Both the position numbers and the translations under genes were made by a program. Of a DNA stretch of 64,000 nt, positions 47,073 through 54,463 are shown piece after piece. This DNA comes from a virus. Taxonomy: Duplodnaviria > Caudoviricetes. The DNA lies in IMG/VR virus record IMGVR_UViG_3300011335_000604, positions 6,320 to 70,319 of that record. The stretch is one strand, 5' to 3'. Position 1 is the first letter of the stretch; every line of letters starts with the position of its first letter. Under the pieces are notes generated by a model, which was not told the origin of the DNA, searched no databases, and saw only the letters and a program-made list of their open reading frames with translations.

Positions 47073-47334
47073 GATAAGAGACGCAAAGCGCACAATTGAC
47101 GGTAGAAAGATTAACGCATACCGAGTTAAGACAATCGCAGAGAATGACGAAACCTTGCAGATATCTGAGGTGTTAAACACCCCGGAAGCAGTGCAGGTTC
47201 ACATAAAGGCAATGGCATACGCATGGAAAAGCGAAGGTGATTGCGAAGTAGTGGACTGTACGTATCGAGGTAAGTTTGCAGGTAAAACAATAATCTTGAC
47301 CCTAATTGACAGGATAAAGTTTAATGTAGTTTGA
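47059..47334 (+). CDS. DUF1508/YegP-like protein
   Basis: IEIRD...YRVKTIAENDETLQISE...AVQVHIKAM resembles the DUF1508 pattern. Confidence 0.45.
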   Translation: MGRIEIRDAKRTIDGRKINAYRVKTIAENDETLQISEVLNTPEAVQVHIKAMAYAWKSEGDCEVVDCTYRGKFAGKTIILTLIDRIKFNVV

Positions 47335-47513
47335 CGCTGTTTTACGATGAACGTAATAGAGGCATACAGGTACGAATGTTACAAGTGGGATAGCCATGGG
47401 ATAGAGATGTGTAAGTATATTTGCGTCCCTGTAACCCTGCTTGTGGTTCGTTACAAAAAAGAAACCCAAACACATCTAATATTTTGGAATTAAAAAAGTC
47501 ATTTATCCGTCAC

Positions 47514-47723
47514 ATGTTGGAGTTTCCCAACATCACGCTCACCTCATTCCTAATCGCATTTTTTATTGCCTTTGCACTTTCTATTGTGCAGAAAAACTAT
47601 GCAAGTGCGTTGGGATGTTTCCTAACGATCGCTGCGATCCTGCCTATAAAGTACATGGCATGGAAGAGACAGCCGGTGCAAGAAAATAAAAAGCAAAAAG
47701 TCATCGTAATCAAAAGAAAATGA
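47514..47723 (+). CDS. Small two-TM membrane protein
   Basis: Two hydrophobic helices and a basic tail; TATATTTG at 47416-23 upstream. Confidence 0.6.
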   Translation: MLEFPNITLTSFLIAFFIAFALSIVQKNYASALGCFLTIAAILPIKYMAWKRQPVQENKKQKVIVIKRK

Positions 47724-47757
47724 GCAAACTAAAATGTTTGTCGATACATTTGCGAAG

Positions 47758-47838
47758 TTGCGTTGTTGTGGCGCAAGTTCAGTTTGTTTTAATCATTTCG
47801 TTTGTGTGAACCGCTCCTAACAAGGGGCGGTTTTTTTT
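47758..47838 (+). ncRNA. Candidate trans-acting antisense sRNA (~80 nt)
   Basis: TACATTTG (47745-52), hairpin TTGCG/CGCAA, stem GTTCA/TGAAC with a 25-nt U-rich loop, terminator CCGCTCC/GGGGCGG-T8. Confidence 0.6.
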
Positions 47839-47874
47839 CGGTGATAGTGATTATATTTGTAACATATCAACTGA

Positions 47875-48894
47875 ATGAAAAATAATGTACAAAGCTATCT
47901 GAAGATTCTCAACGACACTCGAGACATCAGTCAAAACAAGAAAATTGATTTAGAGTGGGAGAATATAAGTACCGGGGCTACGTTAGAGTCTTTCAAACGA
48001 GCATTCCTTGCATGGAAGAAAAAGAACGGCTCAAAGATGGTCAAGAAGGCCAAGGTTAATCCAGGAACAGTAATGGGTGCGTTTCAGCAGATCGTTAAAG
48101 AGCTGGTTCCGGACAACAACCCGCTAGCGCTTCCCGAATCAAAAGAAAGGGAATGGAAACCATATAAATTACCTGTAAACCACAATGATATCCTTTTTCT
48201 TACCGACATTCACGTACCATACCACAACATTCCTGCGCTCACAGCGGCGCTCAAGTACGGGCTCGAAAACGAGGTCAACACCGTCTACATCAACGGGGAC
48301 CTCATTGATTTCTATGCCATTAGCCGTTTTCAAAAGGATCCTCGCAAGCGCGACCTTGCGTCTGAGATCTACATGGCGCGGGAGTTCCTCTACACGCTGC
48401 GGAAACTGTTCCCTACACAGGCAATATACTTCAAGGCAGGAAACCACGACATCCGATGGGACCACTACCTAATCAACAACGCGTCTGACCTTGTAGGTAT
48501 TGAGGAGTTTTCGCTGGAGTCCATCCTGCACCTCAAGCAGCTCAACATCACGTTCATCCCAGACAAGCAGCTTGTTCAAATGGGTAAGTTAATTGCCGTA
48601 CACGGCCACGAGTTTGGACAAAGTATGTTCAGCCCGGTAAACATCGCTCGCGGTCTTTATCTACGCGCTAAGGACAACGCGATCTGCGGACATCACCACC
48701 AGACATCGGAGCATACGGAACCCAACATCAACGGCAAAGTGACAACCTGCTGGTCGGTAGCTTGCCTGTGCGAACTACACCCAGACTACATGCCAATCAA
48801 CAAGTTTACACACGGGTTCGCACACATCAAAGCGTTTGATAATGATGAGTTTGAGGTTATGAACTACCGCATAGTAAACGGTAAGATTAAGTAA
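47875..48894 (+). CDS. Calcineurin-like metallophosphoesterase
   Basis: TDIH, GDLID, GNHD, HGH, GHHH motifs; promoter TATATTTG at 47852-59. Confidence 0.85.
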   Translation: MKNNVQSYLKILNDTRDISQNKKIDLEWENISTGATLESFKRAFLAWKKKNGSKMVKKAKVNPGTVMGAFQQIVKELVPDNNPLALPESKEREWKPYKLPVNHNDILFLTDIHVPYHNIPALTAALKYGLENEVNTVYINGDLIDFYAISRFQKDPRKRDLASEIYMAREFLYTLRKLFPTQAIYFKAGNHDIRWDHYLINNASDLVGIEEFSLESILHLKQLNITFIPDKQLVQMGKLIAVHGHEFGQSMFSPVNIARGLYLRAKDNAICGHHHQTSEHTEPNINGKVTTCWSVACLCELHPDYMPINKFTHGFAHIKAFDNDEFEVMNYRIVNGKIK

Positions 48895-48961
48895 CCACTC
48901 GTAACATTTTTGTGCCCGTTTTTGTTACAACGGGTGTCAAAATTTTTCTGTATTTTGCAGT

Positions 48962-49204
48962 ATGGAGAACCCGAGGATCAGATACAGGAAGTTGGGCAGG
49001 GAAAAGGCTAGGGGCCTTTACCATGAGGACGGATTGATTGAGATTGATCCTCGGCTCCCTGCAAAGGAGCACCTGGAGGTCATTATCCACGAATATCTTC
49101 ACCACGAGTTCAAGCACTGGGACGAGGAGTATGTTCAAGAATACGGGGTAAAAATATCCGAGTTCCTTTGGGCGTTGGGTTACAGACGAGTAAATTTGGA
49201 CTGA
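48962..49204 (+). CDS. Mini zincin-like metallopeptidase (80 aa)
   Basis: GLIEIDPRL...IIHEYLH (HExxH). Confidence 0.65.
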   Translation: MENPRIRYRKLGREKARGLYHEDGLIEIDPRLPAKEHLEVIIHEYLHHEFKHWDEEYVQEYGVKISEFLWALGYRRVNLD

Positions 49205-49205
49205 T

Positions 49206-49460
49206 ATGTTGAGAGTCGTGCTTCCCATAGTTGTTGACACCGACGAGAAGAGGGTCGCGGATCTGGTGGGTGTAACGCCGGACAAGTACGAGTGTGAGCC
49301 GGCTATATTCTACAGGATAGACAACGTGCGTCCGTACCAGAACTACAAGAACCTTTGCATGGTTAGTTCCGGGGGAGACGACTTTATCGTAGGGCTTTCA
49401 ATGGAACAGGTGGACGACATCATCATGAGCGACGTGAGTTTCATGTTTAGCGCAAATTAA
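49206..49460 (+). CDS. Hypothetical protein
   Basis: Coupled ORF. Confidence 0.6.
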   Translation: MLRVVLPIVVDTDEKRVADLVGVTPDKYECEPAIFYRIDNVRPYQNYKNLCMVSSGGDDFIVGLSMEQVDDIIMSDVSFMFSAN

Positions 49461-49518
49461 AGTTAAATTTCTTGCTATTTGCCATGCGTGTTGTATTTTA
49501 GCCACCTAAATAAACGAA

Positions 49519-50001
49519 ATGAACGATCTCGAAAGAAAGAAACGGCTGATTGTGACTGCCTTGGCCTCACAACAGATCTACGCGCAGTGTCACGACGAGT
49601 GTGTGGACCTAAACTTCTTCAAGCACGACTTGAGGATGTTCTCAAAGAACCTTATCACCAAGCTGGAACGTGAGCTTATGCCCATGTTCAAGGTCATGGG
49701 GGACGTGGAGGGCGGAGACGCCTACCTAAACGCGGTTGATCTGATGGAGGTCACCCTCCAGAACCTAGCAACGCTGCCCGTGGAGTACTGGGCACTGGTA
49801 AACATTGGAATACACGACATAAAACGACAAATTGATGAAAAAAACCAAGCAGGGGCTGATGGAATACCTAGCGGAACAGCTCCAGACAACGAATCAAGCG
49901 ACGAAGGAGAGGGTGATGGAGGTGGTGTTGAAGCACCTGCCGACGTTAAAGAAGATGAGGCAGGAGGAGATTCAAAGCCTTCTAAAAAAGTGCGAAAATG
50001 A
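49519..50001 (+). CDS. Hypothetical protein (3' part overlaps a second ORF at 49832-50044)
   Basis: ORF track; AAACGAAATG leader. Confidence 0.55.
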   Translation: MNDLERKKRLIVTALASQQIYAQCHDECVDLNFFKHDLRMFSKNLITKLERELMPMFKVMGDVEGGDAYLNAVDLMEVTLQNLATLPVEYWALVNIGIHDIKRQIDEKNQAGADGIPSGTAPDNESSDEGEGDGGGVEAPADVKEDEAGGDSKPSKKVRK

Positions 50002-50219
50002 CCTTCGCTCCACACCCGATACCGGTAGTAACCCCGCTGGGTGACGGATACATCCTTTACATTACCCCCGGGGGCATGCTGGAGAATGACGAGATAACCG
50101 TTGTCCTCTTAAAGGGAGGGGAAATCAAGCACTTTACTAGCGACCAAGTCCGAGTTTGGAAAAATTCAACCTACGAGATACATGAACAACTACGTAATAA
50201 CGGTTTGGGACGGCGATAA
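49998..50219 (+). CDS. Hypothetical protein (73 aa)
   Basis: ORF track. Confidence 0.55.
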   Translation: MTFAPHPIPVVTPLGDGYILYITPGGMLENDEITVVLLKGGEIKHFTSDQVRVWKNSTYEIHEQLRNNGLGRR

Positions 50220-50339
50220 GCTGGTCCACAACGCAAAGGCAAAGGCCAAGACCCCCGATCTGGCCAAGTCTAAGGCACTCAACGACTGCTGGAAGCTGGA
50301 TAAAATGATGGGAACTGAACGAGACTGGTACAAATACAG

Positions 50340-50645
50340 ATGGGACATACAAGCGACAATAAGCCGATAAAACACGCATCAGACCTGCTCAACGAGGTGG
50401 TCATGGACATGATCATGCGTGAGAAGAGGGGTTACTCCGAGTACAAGCATACGATGGACCGGAATGACTTAACTCAGAAGGAGTGGCTCCAACACGCATA
50501 CGAGGAGGCGCTTGACCTTGCGTTGTATCTGAAAAAGATTATGAAGGTTCAAGAGGTCCCTGCAACCCCGGCAACTAGTGTCACGTTTACTGGAACCTCA
50601 TCCGCAGGAGTTACTACAGTCACAAATATTTGTGACAAGCTGTGA
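50340..50645 (+). CDS. MazG-like / all-alpha nucleotide pyrophosphatase
   Basis: REKRGYSEYKHTMDRNDL...WLQHAYEEALDLALYL. Confidence 0.6.
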   Translation: MGHTSDNKPIKHASDLLNEVVMDMIMREKRGYSEYKHTMDRNDLTQKEWLQHAYEEALDLALYLKKIMKVQEVPATPATSVTFTGTSSAGVTTVTNICDKL

Positions 50646-50666
50646 CAAATGTTTTATATTTGTTGC

Positions 50667-51071
50667 ATGAAAAAATGTAGCAAATGCAAAACAGAAAAAC
50701 CGCTATCAGAATTTTACAATTCAAAAAGCGGGGAACACGGAAAACATCATTATTGTAAAGTTTGCCATTCAAAACTTGCCAAACGATGCTATAGTCATGA
50801 AAAATCATCGAAAAGACAAGTTTTTAGGAGATACGGTTTGTCATTGGAAGATGTAGACAAAATGTTTTTATCGCAAGATAAAAAATGCAAAATATGTCAA
50901 ACTCAAAATACAAAAATACTGGTTCATGGAGGACTATATGTAGATCATTGCCATGAATCTGGAAAAGTTAGAGGATTGCTTTGCAGAGATTGTAATATGA
51001 TGCTAGGTCTTTGTAAAGACAAAACGGATATTTTATATAATGCGATTGTTTATTTAAATAAAAACAACTAG
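50667..51071 (+). CDS. Endonuclease VII-family (His-Me) nuclease, probably a free-standing homing endonuclease
   Basis: KKCSKC..CKVC Zn finger; YGLSLE...QDKKCKIC...YVDHCHESGKVRGLLCRDCN; AT-rich versus flanks; own TATATTTG promoter (50655-62). Confidence 0.8.
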   Translation: MKKCSKCKTEKPLSEFYNSKSGEHGKHHYCKVCHSKLAKRCYSHEKSSKRQVFRRYGLSLEDVDKMFLSQDKKCKICQTQNTKILVHGGLYVDHCHESGKVRGLLCRDCNMMLGLCKDKTDILYNAIVYLNKNN

Positions 51072-51171
51072 GTGGCGAAATTGGTAAACGCGGATACGGT
51101 CAGCACCGTAAAGAATAGCCTTAAAGACCGTGTATACAGGTGCTATGCAAGTTCGAATCTTGCCCTAGTTG
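51066..51171 (+). ncRNA. tRNA-like RNA 1 (106 nt, non-canonical anticodon domain)
   Basis: AACTAGG/CCTAGTT acceptor, Leu-like D arm GCG-AAATTGGTAAA-CGC, T arm GCAAG-TTCGAAT-CTTGC; 55 nt between arms with no 7-nt anticodon loop; no encoded CCA. Confidence 0.75.
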
Positions 51172-51175
51172 CCGT

Positions 51176-51310
51176 TCCAGACGCAGCAATAAGAATGACG
51201 GACGTGTTGCGTTAGTTGGATGTCCGTACCTACACGTTATGGGTCGAACTGGGTAAAACAATTACTCGAAGAAACGTAAAAAATCGTGACGGCTCGGAAA
51301 GACGAGCAAC
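51176..51310 (+). ncRNA. Structured spacer: H-type pseudoknot plus hairpins
   Basis: ACGCAGCA/TGTTGCGT and ACGGAC/GTCCGT interleaved; GGGTAA/TTACTC; GCTCG-GAAAGA-CGAGC. Confidence 0.5.
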
Positions 51311-51312
51311 AT

Positions 51313-51437
51313 AGTCAGGTAATGCGTAATGTGGAAACGGCTATCACATCCTGAAAACACCACGGTCCATAACCATTTGGACGCGAGAAGTAATAGGGTT
51401 GCATCGTTGTGAGTTCGAGTCTCACCCTGACTACTAA
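51313..51437 (+). ncRNA. tRNA-like RNA 2 (~121 nt, expanded middle domain)
   Basis: AGTCAGG/CCTGACT acceptor, CGT-AATGTGGAA-ACG D-like arm, GTGAG-TTCGAGT-CTCAC T arm, ends A-CTAA. Confidence 0.7.
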
Positions 51438-51455
51438 ACAAACGAAATAAACGAA

Positions 51456-51746
51456 ATGAAAAAGAAAACAAGCTACACAATCTTTGCCTTTGAACCCGGC
51501 ACAGAGGTCTACGCCATATCGATATGGTACGACAACTCACGTCCTACCGACCACCTAGCAATCTACAAGGCCAAGGTAGCCTCGTGGAGCTACGATGCGG
51601 AGGAGAATGACGTTTTATACTACCTTGAGAGTCCAAGAGACGGCAAATGGTGGGGAGATTCAATTAAGGGGGAGTATGTATCCGACAACTTCAACGATCT
51701 TCTTACTTACGCTAAAGAACTCTGGAGAAATGAAACGGAAATATAA
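51456..51746 (+). CDS. Hypothetical protein (96 aa)
   Basis: ORF track; AAACGAAATG leader. Confidence 0.65.
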   Translation: MKKKTSYTIFAFEPGTEVYAISIWYDNSRPTDHLAIYKAKVASWSYDAEENDVLYYLESPRDGKWWGDSIKGEYVSDNFNDLLTYAKELWRNETEI

Positions 51747-51836
51747 CTTCTTCAACAGCCTGGAGTTTGAACGCCTCGTGCCGTACCTGGTGCTCCTACT
51801 AATCTACGCAGCAATAATCGCAATACTATACGCAAT

Positions 51837-52115
51837 ATGATCGAGCCAAAGGAATACAAGAACTACCTAGAGCTACTGCTTGACCTGTACCCAGAGGACG
51901 AGTTCCTCATCGCGGACGGTTTTGACGACGCCGTGATCGGTGTCGACTACGGCTCTTCCCGCCTAATCTACTCGTGCAAGAAGTGCCTGGAGATCCTCAT
52001 CGACGTGGAGGGCATGGACCCGCAAGACGCCATCGAGCACTTCCAGTACAACGTAGCCGGTGGTTACGTGGGCGAGAAGACACCAATCTGGTGCGAAGAC
52101 AGCTACGAGCTATAA
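51837..52115 (+). CDS. Conserved hypothetical phage protein (92 aa)
   Basis: ADGFDDAVIGVD...DAIEHFQYN..GGYVGEKTP, a pattern I recall from aquatic phages. Confidence 0.65.
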   Translation: MIEPKEYKNYLELLLDLYPEDEFLIADGFDDAVIGVDYGSSRLIYSCKKCLEILIDVEGMDPQDAIEHFQYNVAGGYVGEKTPIWCEDSYEL

Positions 52116-52140
52116 AAAAAGCCGGCTATCACCCCGGCTT
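52113..52140 (-). terminator. Terminator between convergent arms
   Basis: AAGCCGG/CCGGCTT stem with a T7 run on the minus strand. Confidence 0.65.
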
Positions 52141-52181
52141 AATCGTAACACAACGGTTGCCACTACACAACCCGTGCATCC

Positions 52182-52442
52182 TTAGCAGTCCCACTTGCGA
52201 AGAGCTAACGCCTTCCGGGTGGGCTTGCCATTTCTTTCCATAGGACCAGGCATGCCGCCCATCCTTGCACAGAACGACTTGCGCCGTGCAGCAGACTTGG
52301 GAGACTTCTTGGCCTGCTTAGCAGACACCGGTGGCTTCAACGTGCCTCCAGTCTCTCGCTTATACGAGGCCCGGCCCTTAGCGTTCAAGCCTCCCTTAGG
52401 GTTCTTACCCTCCTTCCTTTGCCATGCAGGTGACTTTGCCAT
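52182..52442 (-). CDS. Small basic protein (MAKSPAWQRKEGKNPKGGLNAKGRASY family)
   Basis: Recognisable conserved aquatic-phage family; start at ATG 52442. Confidence 0.75.
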   Translation of the reverse strand: MAKSPAWQRKEGKNPKGGLNAKGRASYKRETGGTLKPPVSAKQAKKSPKSAARRKSFCARMGGMPGPMERNGKPTRKALALRKWDC

Positions 52443-52443
52443 G

Positions 52444-52596
52444 TTATTTCTTTTTAGCGGTCTTTTTTGACTTGATGAAGTCACTCTTCTTAGGCGCACC
52501 AGGTGACCCCGGCTTCCTCATAGACTCACCAGATCCAGCAGCAATCCTCTTGCGCTTGGCGTTGATGTTTGCGTATAGTCCTGCCTTTGCTTTCAT
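52444..52596 (-). CDS. Small basic protein (50 aa, MKAKAGLYANINAKRKRIAAGSGESMRKPG...)
   Basis: Hand translation; below the ORF-track cutoff; coupled to neighbours. Confidence 0.7.
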   Translation of the reverse strand: MKAKAGLYANINAKRKRIAAGSGESMRKPGSPGAPKKSDFIKSKKTAKKK

Positions 52597-52712
52597 CCCT
52601 GTCCCCTTGTTGGTTTCACGTTCTTATCTTTTGGCGACCGGCGCTTCAACGCCTTGCCGTCCCTTCTCTTTCCAAAGGTCTGCTTGACCCCGTTTCCTAG
52701 CGACTTTGCCAT
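52593..52712 (-). CDS. Small basic protein (39 aa, MAKSLGNGVKQTFGKRR...)
   Basis: Hand translation; ATGA overlap with the next ORF. Confidence 0.6.
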   Translation of the reverse strand: MAKSLGNGVKQTFGKRRDGKALKRRSPKDKNVKPTRGQG

Positions 52713-52713
52713 G

Positions 52714-53076
52714 TTACTTTCCTAAATATTCTGGTCTAGGTGGACCAACAAACGTCTTCTTCGTCGAGGGTACAAACGCCTTGCTGCGCTTCTTCTCAAA
52801 GTCCTTGGCACGTTCGTCAGCCTGCTTCTTAGTCATCACCTCGTTCTTTTCGCCCTTAGCGCCCTTGTTACGACCTGTAGACCCGCTACCCTCGCCAGAC
52901 TGACGGGTAGGACCGTCTCCTCCAGCTGTAGCGGCACACTCCTTACCCTTCTCACAGCCAACCTCCACGTTGTCCGGGTTCTTGGAAGCCTCGTCCTTAC
53001 GTCTCTTTCCCTTTAAAAACTGACTAACGCCACTCATCCCGTATGCGTTGTCTCTATAGTCCTGTGATGCGTACAT
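52714..53076 (-). CDS. Basic low-complexity protein (120 aa)
   Basis: ATG 53076 downstream of promoter TTG(53120-18)-N19-TATATTTG(53098-91). Confidence 0.6.
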   Translation of the reverse strand: MYASQDYRDNAYGMSGVSQFLKGKRRKDEASKNPDNVEVGCEKGKECAATAGGDGPTRQSGEGSGSTGRNKGAKGEKNEVMTKKQADERAKDFEKKRSKAFVPSTKKTFVGPPRPEYLGK

Positions 53077-53120
53077 GTGCCTTTTTTTTACAAATATATG
53101 CAAGTTCGTCTATTATCCAA

Positions 53121-53160
53121 ATTCTAGACATTCCTAGACATTTTTAGACATTTCGTTGAC
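53121..53160. repeat. 10-bp-period tandem repeat (TAGACATT x3 plus one degenerate unit)
   Basis: attctagaca ttcctagaca tttttagaca tttcgttgac. Confidence 0.75.
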
Positions 53161-53245
53161 CGGTTAGGGTTGGGGTCCCCCCCTAGTCCCCCCCGCCGCA
53201 AAAATTTTCCCGAAGTCGATATGGCAAAGGGGGTGGGGTCGATAT

Positions 53246-53261
53246 TGTTCCACGTGGAACA
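53246..53261. promoter_or_regulatory. parS: parS centromere site
   Basis: Perfect 16-bp palindrome TGTTCCACGTGGAACA matching the chromosomal ParB/Spo0J binding consensus. Confidence 0.75.
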
Positions 53262-53370
53262 TTGGCTGCCTGTCTCGCCCGCCTGCCCGCCTAGGCTAGA
53301 GAGACAGCAAAGTATTACGCACATACATACTACAGCCTGTATTGGTCTCCGCTCGGTGGACAAAGTAGAC

Positions 53371-53395
53371 TAACACATTGATAGTCAGTGCGTTA
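53371..53395. promoter_or_regulatory. Symmetric IHF-like site 1 (TAA-N5-TGA-N3-TCA-N5-TTA)
   Basis: Reverse strand TATCAAtgtgTTA fits WATCARnnnnTTR. Confidence 0.5.
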
Positions 53396-53555
53396 ACGTA
53401 AGAACATCTAGTGTGTGCTGTATTTGCGTCGGTTATCTATACGAATTGCCCCTGCTCGGGCTGTATTTAACTTATCATTAACACCCTCCTCCGCGTCTAG
53501 CCTGTAGCCCTCGGGCAGGCCTACTCTTGCACTCCTACAGGCTGCGGTGAATGCG

Positions 53556-53580
53556 TAACGTGCTGCATGTCAGTGCATTA
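53556..53580. promoter_or_regulatory. Symmetric IHF-like site 2
   Basis: TAAcgtgcTGCatgTCAgtgcaTTA; same spacing, degenerate. Confidence 0.4.
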
Positions 53581-53989
53581 GAGACCATTTGCCTTGGATT
53601 ATACCCTTATTTAGAACCATTCTGAATAGCATTTTGAGGGGGCATAGAGGCATTATCTCGGGCTCGGATGTATGTAGATACCACCACAGGCGAGAAAGTC
53701 GATTTAAAGCATTTTCCGTGTGTTTTCGGGGCATGCAGGAGGCGTGCTCTTCTTGGTTGGGGTAACCCGAGGTTTGTAGGCTCAATGTGCGGGCGTGCAC
53801 GAGGTGTTTATGTGCTCCCCTACCTATTGGCGCTGTATGTCCCCTACCTAGTATCCTATGTGGATCTATAGAGGCAGCGAGGCATTCCGGCGCTGAGCCC
53901 ATGTAACACGATGAAAACCAATAAGTTGTGGGGGACTTCCCCAAATATAGGGTATAACAGCCACATATACAAGAATTCCCTTAACTTTT

Positions 53990-54014
53990 TTGTCCACTGA
54001 TTATCAACACGTTA
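53990..54014. promoter_or_regulatory. Symmetric IHF-like site 3
   Basis: TTGtccacTGAttaTCAacacgTTA; contains a perfect TATCAAcacgTTA. Confidence 0.5.
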
Positions 54015-54049
54015 CATTAAAAACATTGTGTATTGACATATAAATTGTT

Positions 54050-54444
54050 AACGACTTGTTAAAGTCGAGAATGCAGCACAACGACCCCCCCATATTTGCA
54101 GTGTCAAAAGGGAACAGCGGTTCCTGCCGAGTGTGAAACAAAGTGTTCCACGAAGCATTGAAGGTGTGAAAAGCACCAACAACAGGAAATGAGGTTAAGC
54201 GGGTGGTAGTTCTCATATCCGCGCTCTAAACTAACTGAGAAGGTAAGCGCAAGCCTACTGAGTGCAAGGGTGTCTAGAGTCAATAGGACTCGAGTCGCGG
54301 CTCGTTAAATCACAAGTTCTTTGTTTACTGCAACCGATGTCGACCGCATGTGAAGGTGCATGTGGGTCGAATGGCAACTATAGCAACGGCAGGCGCTACG
54401 CTCCGCAAGGTGTGTACGGGGTTCGAGTCCCCGCGTTGTTCTAA
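54050..54444 (+). ncRNA. Large structured RNA (~390 nt) ending in a tRNA-like module
   Basis: Long-range helix TTGCAGTG/TACTGCAA (54096-103 / 54326-333), multibranch junctions, GNRA-type loops, candidate pseudoknot, terminal acceptor plus T arm; no credible ORF. Confidence 0.65.
54382..54444 (+). ncRNA. tRNA-like module D
   Basis: AGCAACG/CGTTGTT; GCAA-capped hairpin; CGGGG-TTCGAGT-CCCCG; ends CTAA. Confidence 0.75.
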
Positions 54445-54463
54445 ACTTAATACACAACACAAC

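Noticed and set aside
51066-51437. tmRNA, canonical tRNA-Leu/Met, or theta (HDV-like) ribozyme
   Set aside because: Each half has its own acceptor and T arm, so it is not one tmRNA; no 5-bp stem with a 7-nt anticodon loop; the pseudoknot lacks the P3/L3 hairpin of HDV-like folds
53124-54444. ORFs listed in the junction and ncRNA region (e.g. 53570-53944, 53668-53871, 54262-54444)
   Set aside because: Non-ATG or leaderless starts, atypical composition, and overlap with palindromes and RNA structure
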